Shown: positions 38,123-48,348, counted from the first letter of the stretch. The stretch is DNA of 64,000 nucleotides from Parachlamydiales bacterium (GCA_963705295.1 OY970065.1:1280001-1344000); one strand, 5' to 3'. A program made the numbers and translations. The notes: generated by a model from the sequence alone, not told the origin.

Positions 38123-39031
38123 GTGAAGGTAACTAGTGCTTTATATACGTTGGGTGGATCTGTTTTAATAGCAGGAGTCGATTGGGTTGGCCATGATATC
38201 TTACGACACTGTATGACAGGAAGACAGGCTTTTTACGTATCCACGGTCATTTGTTCAACGACTTCGATAGGGCTTTCCGCGCGCTTTTCATCCCTTAGTT
38301 TTTTAAGAGGGTCTGCTCTTCTGTATACAGCCTTTGCGGTTTCTTTTTATTGTTTATCTAGAATTTTGGTTTCAATCCTACATCCTTTTCTTCAACATAA
38401 AAAGAGAGAGCTATATGATGCGCTGCTTATTTATCTCCTTATCCAGTCGGATCAAAATCCCAATACGATCACAGAAGATGGGCTTAATGGTATCATTGAG
38501 GCAAATTCTGAAGCTTATCAAAGCAAATTGCGCAATATAAATATTCAAAAAAAGATCAACTTTTTAATCTACATTTCTTGCGTAGAGTTTCTTTTTAACC
38601 TTCAAGTGTCTTCGCACAAATTCTTTGACTCACATATGAAATCAGAAGATGCCGACTTCCCTAGAGCCATACAACCGTTATTTCAAAATGATTCCTTCTT
38701 ATATATCTACCGTTTTTTTAGAGGACAGCTTCGGTTGATTGAATTTACTCAAACAGACCCTTCAACTTTTAGAGATCGTTTCCGAGTTTATACTCCAAAA
38801 ACACTGGTGGCTTTCAACATCAACACTTCAAGAGAAATGTATAATTGTGTTGTCAGGGTCCTTAAAGCAATAATTGATCCACAACCCATGAACCCATGGC
38901 TAGTCGTTGATGAAAAACCTCTGCCTGGCGAGTGGGATAAGACCAATCCCTTCAAGATTTTTCCAGAAAGACCCTTATACACACGCATGGGAGGGTATCC
39001 ATCCTCCTCTTTAATTCAAGGAGATATATGA
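38123..39031 (+). CDS. Hypothetical membrane-anchored protein (paralog 1 of 3)
   Basis: Hydrophobic N-terminus; IYRFFRG and NPFKIFPE shared with the next two genes. Confidence 0.7.
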   Translation: MKVTSALYTLGGSVLIAGVDWVGHDILRHCMTGRQAFYVSTVICSTTSIGLSARFSSLSFLRGSALLYTAFAVSFYCLSRILVSILHPFLQHKKRELYDALLIYLLIQSDQNPNTITEDGLNGIIEANSEAYQSKLRNINIQKKINFLIYISCVEFLFNLQVSSHKFFDSHMKSEDADFPRAIQPLFQNDSFLYIYRFFRGQLRLIEFTQTDPSTFRDRFRVYTPKTLVAFNINTSREMYNCVVRVLKAIIDPQPMNPWLVVDEKPLPGEWDKTNPFKIFPERPLYTRMGGYPSSSLIQGDI

Positions 39032-40035
39032 TCGACGCAATCAAACAGATACCCATAACACGCCTAGGGCAAGTCGTTGCAGGAACACTAGCACAAGTTG
39101 GCATCGATGCTCTTGTCCAACGTCTTTTTTCAAACTACATCTCTGCGCAAAATACAGAGGCTCTAATCGGATGTACCGGACTTCTTTTGGCTAGGTTTGT
39201 GCAACCTCTAAACTTTTTAACCTATTCTACCGTTGGCTTCCTTGGGGTTAAGGCCGCACTTCATTTCTTTCGGTGGATGAATAAAATCGCCGAATCGAAT
39301 CAATTGAAGCAGATCCAAAGAAATGTGAAAATGCACTATAGGGAACTGATTCAAGAGCTGATAATACCACTAAACGTAGATGAGCCTAATTCGAGTGATA
39401 TGAATGCACTGGCTGCAGAAAATAGGAACGCATTTAGGATCAAATGGGCAGATTCGAAATTGATCGAGAAAGGAACCCCATTATTTGAGGCAAGTGTTGC
39501 AGAATTTAGATTGCAAATGGCTCAACTGGATGAAGAGACCAAACACTTAACCATTACTCACATGCGAATGATGCAAAAAGCCCAACTTTTTGAAGAAAGA
39601 TTCTGTCGAGACATGCCTGGGAAAGATTCTTTTTTAACGATTTATCGTCTTCTACGTGGAAAACTGTGTTATATCAATCATGTTCTGGCAAAGGATCCAA
39701 ACACTTTACCTGAGAGGAATCGAATTGCTACCTTTCTCGGTAAATATCATGTTCACTCTTTAGATCTCGAAGACGAAAATACAGAGGTTTTCTTCCAAGA
39801 TACTCCGCAGGGTGCATGGAGAAAAGAGTATAACGAGTGTGTACAACTCATTGAACCTTTACTACATTATCTCCCCAATAACATGATCTGTGATTGGGCT
39901 GTACAAGATACACAGCCGAAGCCTGGAAAATTCCGAGGTGATAGTGTAAGAAACCCCTTCAAAATAGTTCCTGAAGAGGGCCACTATAAAGGTTGGAGTG
40001 GACACCCATCGCTATCTCTCCTTGGTGATTTATGA
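39028..40035 (+). CDS. Hypothetical membrane-anchored protein (paralog 2 of 3)
   Basis: IYRLLRGKLC and NPFKIVPE...YKGWSGHP. Confidence 0.75.
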   Translation: MIDAIKQIPITRLGQVVAGTLAQVGIDALVQRLFSNYISAQNTEALIGCTGLLLARFVQPLNFLTYSTVGFLGVKAALHFFRWMNKIAESNQLKQIQRNVKMHYRELIQELIIPLNVDEPNSSDMNALAAENRNAFRIKWADSKLIEKGTPLFEASVAEFRLQMAQLDEETKHLTITHMRMMQKAQLFEERFCRDMPGKDSFLTIYRLLRGKLCYINHVLAKDPNTLPERNRIATFLGKYHVHSLDLEDENTEVFFQDTPQGAWRKEYNECVQLIEPLLHYLPNNMICDWAVQDTQPKPGKFRGDSVRNPFKIVPEEGHYKGWSGHPSLSLLGDL

Positions 40036-40925
40036 CACAGACACTTTCTGTTGCAGCTATAGGAACAGCAGCTCTTGTAGGTATTGACATTGCAGTGCAA
40101 CGGTACGTCACGGCTCAAAATAGTCATTATGTGGTTTTTGCCCTGGGTTCTCTCATAGCTCGAAAAGTGGAGCCCATTTACTATTCAATAATAGCCTATA
40201 CAGCTATTAAGATTTGTACACTTCTCTACGGTTTCTGGACTAAACGAGCAGAGGAGAAACTATTAGAAAATGCTCAAAAAGATGTTCGAAGATGTTATCG
40301 GAGTCTTGTCGAGGAATTGAAAATTGAATTACCGAGATCAAGCGATCTTGATGACGCTGCTACGGCCCATCGAGTGAGGCTCAGACTTAAATGGGCTGAC
40401 CCACAGGTTCTTATAAAAGCAGACGAGTTGTTCGTTGCAAGTTGTTTGGAATTGAGACACCGTACGGCACAACTTCGAAGAGAAATGGAAACTTTAACAA
40501 AATCTCAAAAACGGTTATCTATATACTATTTTACCGATTATCTTACTGAAGGAAGTTCCCCCCTAGCCATATATCGGCTGATCAGGGGGAAATTATGTTT
40601 TATTGTTACACCTGGTCGGACTTTCCTTGACAAATACCATATCCATTCCCTTGGTCTTGAAACGGAAGGAGTCGAAATATTCTCGCAGGAAAACTCATTG
40701 GAAGGTAGATGTAGAAAGGTATACAATGAATGTATCGATAGTCTTGCCCCTTTACTCCACCATTTATCTCAAGCCCATCCATTCCGCGATTGGGCCGTCC
40801 GGGATGATCAGCCTCAACCGGGTTTATTTAGAGGGGATACGAGCCAAAATCCGTTTAAAATCTGTCCTGAACAACCTCATTATGAAGGGTGGTCTGGAAA
40901 TCCAGCTCGCTGTCTGGAAAAATGA
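40032..40925 (+). CDS. Hypothetical membrane-anchored protein (paralog 3 of 3)
   Basis: IYRLIRGKLC and NPFKICPE...YEGWSGNP. Confidence 0.75.
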   Translation: MTQTLSVAAIGTAALVGIDIAVQRYVTAQNSHYVVFALGSLIARKVEPIYYSIIAYTAIKICTLLYGFWTKRAEEKLLENAQKDVRRCYRSLVEELKIELPRSSDLDDAATAHRVRLRLKWADPQVLIKADELFVASCLELRHRTAQLRREMETLTKSQKRLSIYYFTDYLTEGSSPLAIYRLIRGKLCFIVTPGRTFLDKYHIHSLGLETEGVEIFSQENSLEGRCRKVYNECIDSLAPLLHHLSQAHPFRDWAVRDDQPQPGLFRGDTSQNPFKICPEQPHYEGWSGNPARCLEK

Positions 40926-42268
40926 AGCCGACGGATTTAAAATTTCCTTACCCTTGGGAAGAGCGAAAGCCTTTTCTCCTAGGTAAGGTTCTTTTTATTC
41001 CGGAACATTATGATCGGCATCATGAATGGATTTTTCCTGGATGGGCGTCGATTTTTGGAAATGACAGGGCTGTCAACATTGAATATTGCTCAGGCAATGG
41101 GATGTGGATTGCGGAGAAGGCAAAAAAATCGAAAGAGAATTGGGTTGCGGTTGAGTATCGCTTTGATAGAGTGAGGCAGATCTGGGCCAAAATGCACAAC
41201 TGGGGCATCTCGAATCTATTGATTGTTTGTGGCGAGGCGTTAACATTTGCGACGGAATATCTACCCGATTTTTCTGTTGCAGAAGTGTTCGTCAATTTCC
41301 CCGATCCGTGGCCGAAAAAAAAGCATGCGAAGAATCGACTTTTTCAGCAGCCCTTCATTGAGCAGCTTGCTCGGACGGTCAGAAATACGGTGACAGTTGC
41401 TACGGATAGTGAGGAATACGGGGACCAAATTTTGAACGAGATGCAAGGATGGAAGGCAACATTTCAAGAACCTCATTTCATCACCGAGTGGCCGGGGTAT
41501 GGGACTTCATTTTTCGAGACTCTTTGGAAACAGAAAGGAAAAACGTTAAGGTACTATCAATTTGGAAACCGCAATTTGAAAACCGTCATTTTAGATGCCT
41601 CCATCAGCAGTGATTTGAATTGGACTGTTCCTGATGTAGAGAACATCCTTTGGGAGTTGGATTTTGGAGTGCTCAAAGATATTCATTTCCACACATATGC
41701 ACTCGCGGTCGAGCATTTTGCGAAAAACATCTGGAGATCTGATTCCAAAGGAGTTGTCTTATACCGAGGTTCGCTCGATATTGTTCAATCGGTCGAAGAG
41801 GCCGACTATTTTGCCGATTTTCTTCACCGTTTGGCATCGTTTTTGCCCGATGAAGCAACACCGTATTGTCTTTTTGAGGGGGCATGTTCTTTTACCAAGG
41901 CAAAGTCGGCACAGCTCATGTCAAAAGACCGGTTTTGGCACCTCCATTTAAGTTTGGAGGAAAATAAAAGTTCTAAAGGAGTGCTCCTTCCTTCCGATCC
42001 GTACTGCACAACAGAAGCCCTGGAAAAACTCGAGGCTTATCTCGTAGAAGATTATCGAATCATTCCTGAAATGCGTCTCAATGAAATGTGGGATGGATTA
42101 GATGAGCTTTATGTGGCTGCAGTCAGTCCTCAAGGCCTTCGGCATGTGAAGGGATTCATCGCTGCGGGAGGAAAAGTGTTCGGAGCAGAGGGATTCGAAC
42201 CCCCGACCCACTGCTCCCAAAGCAGTTGCGCTAGCCAAACTGCGCTATGCTCCGAACAACGAATATAA
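40922..42268 (+). CDS. trmB: tRNA (guanine-N7)-methyltransferase fused to a C-terminal domain of unknown function
   Basis: IEYCSGNG, NFPDPWPKKKHAKNRL and ATD, followed by ~220 extra residues. Confidence 0.85.
   Translation: MKPTDLKFPYPWEERKPFLLGKVLFIPEHYDRHHEWIFPGWASIFGNDRAVNIEYCSGNGMWIAEKAKKSKENWVAVEYRFDRVRQIWAKMHNWGISNLLIVCGEALTFATEYLPDFSVAEVFVNFPDPWPKKKHAKNRLFQQPFIEQLARTVRNTVTVATDSEEYGDQILNEMQGWKATFQEPHFITEWPGYGTSFFETLWKQKGKTLRYYQFGNRNLKTVILDASISSDLNWTVPDVENILWELDFGVLKDIHFHTYALAVEHFAKNIWRSDSKGVVLYRGSLDIVQSVEEADYFADFLHRLASFLPDEATPYCLFEGACSFTKAKSAQLMSKDRFWHLHLSLEENKSSKGVLLPSDPYCTTEALEKLEAYLVEDYRIIPEMRLNEMWDGLDELYVAAVSPQGLRHVKGFIAAGGKVFGAEGFEPPTHCSQSSCASQTALCSEQRI
42180..42254 (-). tRNA. tRNA-Pro(UGG)
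   Basis: CGGAGCATAGCGCAG...ACTGC-TTTGGGA-GCAGT...GGTTCGAATCC. Confidence 0.95.
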
Positions 42269-42308
42269 TACTTGACTGGAATCTTTTTCTCAAGGTTCTA
42301 TATTAACC

Positions 42309-43796
42309 ATGGATACAAAACTCAAAGAACTTGCAAAAATCCCTCCCGATTTAAAAAAAATCTTAGCGCCCGAGAGGGTTGCCGCCTACAAAGCAGAGGC
42401 GTGCGGGCTGAAACTTCTCTATGCAACAGAGCGGGTGGACGAGACAATTTTAAAAGAACTCTATCGATTAGCAGATGAAAAAAAGCTCCTCCAGCAGATG
42501 CATGCCATGCAGGCGGGGGAAATCGTCAATTTTACCGAGAAAAGACCGGCCCTCCATACGGCCATGCGGGATCTCGATGGACGGTCCGAGGCGGCCGTTT
42601 TAGCGCAGCAAGAGATCGAAAAGCTTAGAGCATTTCTCCCGACGGTCGAGAAGTTTACCGACGTGATCCAGATTGGGATTGGTGGATCGTATCTAGGTCC
42701 TGAGGCAATCTATTTGGGATTGGAAATATTCCGAAAAAAGCGGGCCCATTTTCTTTCCAATGTCGATCCCGATGAAGCAGCCAAAATCTTAAAACAAGTT
42801 GACCTTGCAAAAACCCTCATCATTGTCGTTTCAAAGTCGGGAACCACATTGGAGACGGTAACCAATGAAGCTCTCATCCGAGAAAAGCTGAAAAAAGCAG
42901 GGCTGAATCCAAAAGACCACCTCATTGCTGTCACAGGAAAGGGGAGTCCCATGGATGAGCCCTCAAAATACCGGGCCGCGTTTTACATCTGGGATTACAT
43001 TGGAGGCCGGTATTCGGTCACATCGATGGTGGGCGGAGTTGTTCTGGCCCTGACACTCGGTCTCGATCGATTCCTCGATTTTCTCAAAGGGGCTCATGCG
43101 ATGGATCTTGCGGCCCTCCAACCGAAAAATCTCCCCCTCTTAGCCGCTCTTCTGGGAGTTTGGAACCGGAATTTCTTAAACCATCCGACGGTTGCGGTCA
43201 TTCCCTACTCTCAAGCCCTCGCCAGGTTCCCCGCCCATCTACAACAACTCACCATGGAATCAAATGGAAAGCGGATCACCAAAGAGGGGAATGTGGTTCC
43301 GTATGAAACCGGTGCTATTCTCTGGGGAGAGCCCGGAACGAATGGACAACACTCGTTCTTCCAGCTTATCCATCAAGGAACGACCGTCGTCCCTCTCGAG
43401 ATCATTGGCTTTAGAGAAGCTCAATACCAAGACGATCTCGAAATTGCCGGCTCTTTCTCCCAAGAAAAGCTTCTCGGTAATCTCTTTGCCCAAGCCATTG
43501 CCCTTGCGACAGGCCAAGACAACACCAATCCCAATAAAATCTTCCCAGGCAATCGCCCCTCTCATATTTTGCTGGGCCAAAAGCTCGATCCGTTCACCTT
43601 GGGGGCACTCCTTGCCTACTATGAGCATAAAACTGTTTTCGAAGGTTTTCTTTGGAATATCAATTCGTTCGATCAAGAAGGTGTACAATTGGGGAAAAAA
43701 CTTGCCACCCAGATGATCGAAACTTTTATAGACATCCGAACCGATCAACCTATACAATATCCGCTCGGCTGGGCCTATACAAAGGAATTAACATGA
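42309..43796 (+). CDS. pgi: Glucose-6-phosphate isomerase
   Basis: IGIGGSYLG, SKSGTTLET, GGRYS, GTNGQH and NSFDQEGVQLGK. Confidence 0.97.
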   Translation: MDTKLKELAKIPPDLKKILAPERVAAYKAEACGLKLLYATERVDETILKELYRLADEKKLLQQMHAMQAGEIVNFTEKRPALHTAMRDLDGRSEAAVLAQQEIEKLRAFLPTVEKFTDVIQIGIGGSYLGPEAIYLGLEIFRKKRAHFLSNVDPDEAAKILKQVDLAKTLIIVVSKSGTTLETVTNEALIREKLKKAGLNPKDHLIAVTGKGSPMDEPSKYRAAFYIWDYIGGRYSVTSMVGGVVLALTLGLDRFLDFLKGAHAMDLAALQPKNLPLLAALLGVWNRNFLNHPTVAVIPYSQALARFPAHLQQLTMESNGKRITKEGNVVPYETGAILWGEPGTNGQHSFFQLIHQGTTVVPLEIIGFREAQYQDDLEIAGSFSQEKLLGNLFAQAIALATGQDNTNPNKIFPGNRPSHILLGQKLDPFTLGALLAYYEHKTVFEGFLWNINSFDQEGVQLGKKLATQMIETFIDIRTDQPIQYPLGWAYTKELT

Positions 43797-44988
43797 TCAC
43801 CCTTCTGGCTGCTTTTTTGACAACAGAGCCCATCACCATTGAAGAATCTGAGACTGCTGCTCCCTTTTATTCTTCGATCTCAATGAATGAAAAGGGGGAA
43901 GTTGCCGCTCTCTGGTCGTATCTGGATGAAGAAGCGATGACCAAAAAAACCATCAAAACAGGGATCCTTTCTGCAACCCGATCTGCAACAGGGGAGTGGT
44001 CTTCCGTGACACCACTCGAGACGTTCGAAGGATGGGTCTTGCACCCTTTTGTAGATATGGATAGCGATGGAATCTCTAAGGGAGCCTGGAGAGTTAATAT
44101 TGACGATGAAATCCACACTCGTTTTGCTAAAAAAGAAAAAGAAGGGACATGGACTTCCCTAGAAGAAATAAAAGTGGCTGAATTTTCTAAAATCTTGGCT
44201 AAATCAAACTTGCCATTGATAGATTTTGTCTCATCAGATGAAGATTTTATCGATGATATCCGGTGTGAAGAGTTTATCCAAAATAATTCGAAACCCCCGG
44301 GCGTTTGTTCCCTTATCAGAGCACCTGGTTGGCTTCCACTTACATCGAAACTTTCATTAGAAGCTTCACGCCAGGTTGGAGAGCGATTCTATGAAATTTG
44401 TCAGCGTGATTTATCCTTTGATTACAGGGGATTAAAGGGAATTTCGAATACCAAGAATGATCTGGTTATTCTTTGGCAAGAAAGAGAATTGGGTATTGCT
44501 TCTCAGTGGAATCTCTATGCTGTTTTTTCAGAGAATTTTCGCCATGGAAAACCTGTATTTTTAAGTACCGCATACGACGGATGTGAAACCCGTTTCTCTA
44601 TAGACAAAAATGGGAATGCCGTTGTTGTTTGGACAACCAAAGACAAACAAAAGCACGGAATTTCAGCAGCCTACAAACTGGTTGGAAAACCTTGGTCTTC
44701 ACCCATCCAACTCGCTACGGATCTCGACCAAATCCAACTCCCGCCTATGGATACCACAACGCCGGTCATTTTGTTGTCGTCTGGGGCGATTTTTCTGAAA
44801 AAGGATGTTCCATCCAAGGAAAATGTTTTTCTACCCTGACAGAGACTTGGGAATCGGCCCAGCTTTCTCCCTATAATTGTCACTCTCCCAGTTTTAGCTT
44901 CAATGAGCAGGGGAAAGGGATTATCACCTGGGTTTCTTCTCTAAAAGCTCCTCGTCAATTTCAAGTTGCTAACTTAAGTTGTGATTGA
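43793..44988 (+). pseudogene. Beta-propeller-like repeat protein split by a frameshift near 44730-44760
   Basis: The repeat motif (D/N)xxGxxxxxW occurs in ORF 43652..44839 and continues (NAGHFVVVW, NEQGKGIITW) in ORF 44629..44988. Confidence 0.6.
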
Positions 44989-46009
44989 ACCGACCACCGG
45001 TAACTTCGATGGATGGGAAAGATAATTCATGGAACGACGGAGATGTGAGAAAGACTTGACCAAAGTGGGTCATTTGCTTGAGAAGGGCAGAGCGACGGTC
45101 ACCATCGAGATGGACGGCAAAATCGTCGATACAGAAGAGGGGAGGAACTTGGTGGTGCTCTTTGAGGTGTTTCCACTGGGCTAGGCGAATGGCGGCGATG
45201 GCGGTGCGGAGCTGCCCCTGGCTGGCAAAAGAGCGGGCTTCTTGGTCGTTGATGAGAATCTCGAGATCATCCCGGTGAGGCCCCACAAAGGTCGAACCTA
45301 CGATCATTTCTTTGGCCCGGTGTTCTCTATAATCTTCTGTGTACGAGGGGATGTAATCGATCTTGAGGGTATCTTTTCCATCGGAAAGCTCCAACATGCT
45401 ACTTCTCAAATGATCGGCAAGCGCGGTGATCATCTCTTGTCTCTGCTGCTTTAAATATTTCGCTGAGATGACCATCAAGGTTTCCCATGTCTCGATCGAC
45501 TCGGTCGATTTCTTCCTCAGCATGAAATTCCGATGTTTAACCGCTTTGTGATACCGGGTGAGGTGGTGGACATAGAGAGGATCGCTTTGCGCACGATGGA
45601 GATCCAAAAATCGGCGCCGCTCAGCGGGTGCACCTGAGATGAGAAGAACATCTTCCGGCGCCAAGAGAACAATCGGCAGTAATCCCAAAAGCGGAGAGAA
45701 ATAACTATAGCTGGTGTTGTTATAATCGAGTTTTTTGGTTTCTCCATCGAATGAAAGGCGAACCCGTTGCACAAGACCGTCTTTAAGAAACTCGGCCTCG
45801 ACGAAAAAAAACGGATGGGCATGGTGGATGAGTTCTTTTAGATGGGTTGTCCGAAACGAGCGACCAGTTCCGATGAGATAAAGAGCTTCTAAAAGATTTG
45901 TCTTCCCTTGGGCATTTTGCCCGCGGATGAGATTCATCTGCTCAGAAAATTGGACTTCGACCTCTCCGTAGTTGCGGAAATGTCGAAGGTAGAGTCGACG
46001 AATATACAT
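44969..46009 (-). CDS. recF: DNA replication/repair protein RecF
   Basis: FRNY, GQNAQGKTNLLEA, ERRRFLD, GPHRDD and SQGQ. Confidence 0.97.
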   Translation of the reverse strand: MYIRRLYLRHFRNYGEVEVQFSEQMNLIRGQNAQGKTNLLEALYLIGTGRSFRTTHLKELIHHAHPFFFVEAEFLKDGLVQRVRLSFDGETKKLDYNNTSYSYFSPLLGLLPIVLLAPEDVLLISGAPAERRRFLDLHRAQSDPLYVHHLTRYHKAVKHRNFMLRKKSTESIETWETLMVISAKYLKQQRQEMITALADHLRSSMLELSDGKDTLKIDYIPSYTEDYREHRAKEMIVGSTFVGPHRDDLEILINDQEARSFASQGQLRTAIAAIRLAQWKHLKEHHQVPPLFCIDDFAVHLDGDRRSALLKQMTHFGQVFLTSPSFHELSFPSIEVTGGRFNHNLS

Positions 46010-47109
46010 TAATTTTCAAGGCGCATCGGCATCAACACAAAAAACGCATTGGTCGAATCGGTGATGAGGCCAGGATTGAAAGAATCGGTCAAACTGAGCT
46101 GGACAGTTTCGTCTTTGCTATGGCGCAAAATATCGAGGAAAAAATGGGGATTGAAGGCGATATCGAGTTTCGGCCCGCCATAGTTGACGGCCATGCTCAC
46201 TTTTCCTTCTCCAATGTCTCCGCTCACCGCCGTCAAATGGAGCTCGCCCGACGTGAAGGTGAAACGGACAGCGCTGCTTTGTTCACTGGTGAAGAGAGAG
46301 ACCTGCCTGAGTAGTGACATGAGTTCTTCCCGGTGAAGAGCGATTGGAGCTGAACCCTTCTTTGGAATCACCCGGTCGACATCGGGATATTGACCTGTGA
46401 GAAGTTTCGTGATCAGGGTGATGTTATTGGTTTCTACCCCGATTTTGTCGGTAAGAAACGTGATTTTACATTTTTGATCTTTGACTTCCAAGAGCTTGAT
46501 CATCTCTTCGACCGCTTTTAAGGGAACCACGTACGATCCCGTTTGCTCTTGGGCCTCCTCCACATCGGCAAACAGCCTCGCGAGTCTTTTCCCATCAGTC
46601 CCAATAAAGGTTGCCAGTTTCTGTTGGTGCAGAAGCAAAATGCCATTGAGCACCTGCCGGTTGTCGTCGCGTGCAGCAGCAAAAGAACTTCGGACGAGCA
46701 TCTCTTTCAGCATCGCTCCATCGAGCGTCATCGATAGACCGCCATTCATATCAGGCAGAGCTGGAAATTCGCTCTTGTGCATCCCGCTCATCTTGAAATG
46801 GGACGTTCCCGCATTGATATGAGCCACTTCCGTCGTCGTCGCATGGATCTCCACCTGAGGCGCCGTCAGCTCCCGCACCAGTTGGAAAAACTTCTTCGCC
46901 GGCAGCGTAATCGCTCCTTCCTCTTCAATCTGTGCCCCTGCATAGGCAACCATGCTCACCGTCAAATCGGTTGCACTGAGCACCAGCTGATCATCATGGG
47001 CCTCCAACAAAACATTGCTCAAAATCGGCAGCGCTGGTTTCGTCGGAACAATGGCCTGAATTTTTCCAATCAAATTGATCAAAACAAGTCTCGGGATCGT
47101 CAGCTTCAT
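46009..47109 (-). CDS. dnaN: DNA polymerase III beta clamp
   Basis: LPILSNVLL, ATDL, GTDGKRL, GQYPD and VLMPMRL. Confidence 0.98.
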   Translation of the reverse strand: MKLTIPRLVLINLIGKIQAIVPTKPALPILSNVLLEAHDDQLVLSATDLTVSMVAYAGAQIEEEGAITLPAKKFFQLVRELTAPQVEIHATTTEVAHINAGTSHFKMSGMHKSEFPALPDMNGGLSMTLDGAMLKEMLVRSSFAAARDDNRQVLNGILLLHQQKLATFIGTDGKRLARLFADVEEAQEQTGSYVVPLKAVEEMIKLLEVKDQKCKITFLTDKIGVETNNITLITKLLTGQYPDVDRVIPKKGSAPIALHREELMSLLRQVSLFTSEQSSAVRFTFTSGELHLTAVSGDIGEGKVSMAVNYGGPKLDIAFNPHFFLDILRHSKDETVQLSLTDSFNPGLITDSTNAFFVLMPMRLEN

Positions 47110-47159
47110 GTGCCCACCTTTTACTAAAGAAGATATCCGATCGAAAAAGGTATGTCAAT

Positions 47160-47508
47160 GTTTAGGAGAAACCACAGAGACACAGAGAAGGATGAGGTAG
47201 GAGGAGGGTTTAAAGAATGATTCGCTTTATGCCTGACTTAACGACATCTTCAACAAGAAAGTCAACTCTATAAACTTCTTCTAGTTGAATCTCTCGATAT
47301 GTAAGTGTACAAATCTTTTGCCGCTCGAACTTAATTTTTCTGTGGTTAAATTCTACAGCTAGACACCTTTCATAAGAAGATTCCAATAGGCCTGGGCCCA
47401 GCTGCCGATGAACCTCTATAGCAGCTCCAATAATTTTCTCAGTTATTTCATCCACGATTTACTCTTCCTACCTCATCCTTCTCTTTTGTCTCTGTGGTTC
47501 TCCTAAAC
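47160..47508. mobile_element. 349-bp cassette: 47-bp inverted repeats enclosing a GxxExxY gene remnant
   Basis: 47160-47206 GTTTAGGAGAAACCACAGAGACACAGAGAAGGATGAGGTAGGAGGAG. Reverse complement of 47462-47508 is GTTTAGGAGAACCACAGAGACAAAAGAGAAGGATGAGGTAGGAAGAG. Confidence 0.75.
47210..47455 (-). pseudogene. GxxExxY protein with internal deletion
   Basis: IIGAAIEVHRQLGPGLLESSYE and YRVDFLVE are joined directly to the C-terminal GIKRII. The ELK and GLLINF segments typical of the family are missing. Confidence 0.8.
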
Positions 47509-48336
47509 TTAACTGCTTGCGAATAACTTGCGGAGGAAGGTGGGGTCGAGGAGCATTTCCATTTGCTTGAGAGTGGGGACGCGGAATTGGGTTTTGGCGA
47601 GTTCTTCGATGATGTGTTTCATGTAGAGGGCGAGGCCGGCGTCGGTGGTATCAGCGAGGAGGTTTTTACGGCGGAGGAATTCGACAATGGCCACAAATGT
47701 GGAAGACCGTTGCAGCCCAAAGTAACAATGGATGAAGGGGATTTTTCCTTTTTGGACGGCCTGGGCAATTTTATGTGCCAGAACGATAAGGGCGGGGTGG
47801 GCTTCGGCGGGAACGGCTGCTTTGTCGGGCCAGGCATGGAAGTGATAGAAAACCTTTGTGTTCCAGATACCTTCGTTATAAGATAAATTTTTGATTATGA
47901 GTGGGATTTGAGATCGGACATCGGGAATATCGAGGTAATTGAGAGGTTCCTCAGATCGCATTAAATTGACGATGAGATGGTGATCAGGAGAAGATCGGAT
48001 CAATTCAACAAATGCGACTTCATCGAGGTTATCATGCTGAGCGGCAAAACCAGGTCCATAGATGATATATTTGGCATCAAAAATGGGAATTGCCTGAAAG
48101 GATGGGCGTGGGTATTGTTGGCTGCAATTCATTATAAGCCCTTGGAACTGATCTAAAGGCAGATTATGTTGGAATAAGGGAGTGAATGTGAGGCGAGGGA
48201 AGGGTTGTTTCGTTGTGAGAAGAGAATGGATGAACTTGGCAAGTGCAAGGAGGGCGATTCCTGTGATGACCACAGCAAGACATTTGACAGGAGTCAATTT
48301 CCAGAAAGGTGTTGAACTTGTGATAGGTTGAACCAT
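47509..48336 (-). CDS. Protein tyrosine phosphatase-like protein with N-terminal hydrophobic segment
   Basis: WPD loop, P-loop IHCYFGLQRSS and a Q-loop-like TLKQ. Confidence 0.75.
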   Translation of the reverse strand: MVQPITSSTPFWKLTPVKCLAVVITGIALLALAKFIHSLLTTKQPFPRLTFTPLFQHNLPLDQFQGLIMNCSQQYPRPSFQAIPIFDAKYIIYGPGFAAQHDNLDEVAFVELIRSSPDHHLIVNLMRSEEPLNYLDIPDVRSQIPLIIKNLSYNEGIWNTKVFYHFHAWPDKAAVPAEAHPALIVLAHKIAQAVQKGKIPFIHCYFGLQRSSTFVAIVEFLRRKNLLADTTDAGLALYMKHIIEELAKTQFRVPTLKQMEMLLDPTFLRKLFASS

Positions 48337-48348
48337 GCGACCATTATA

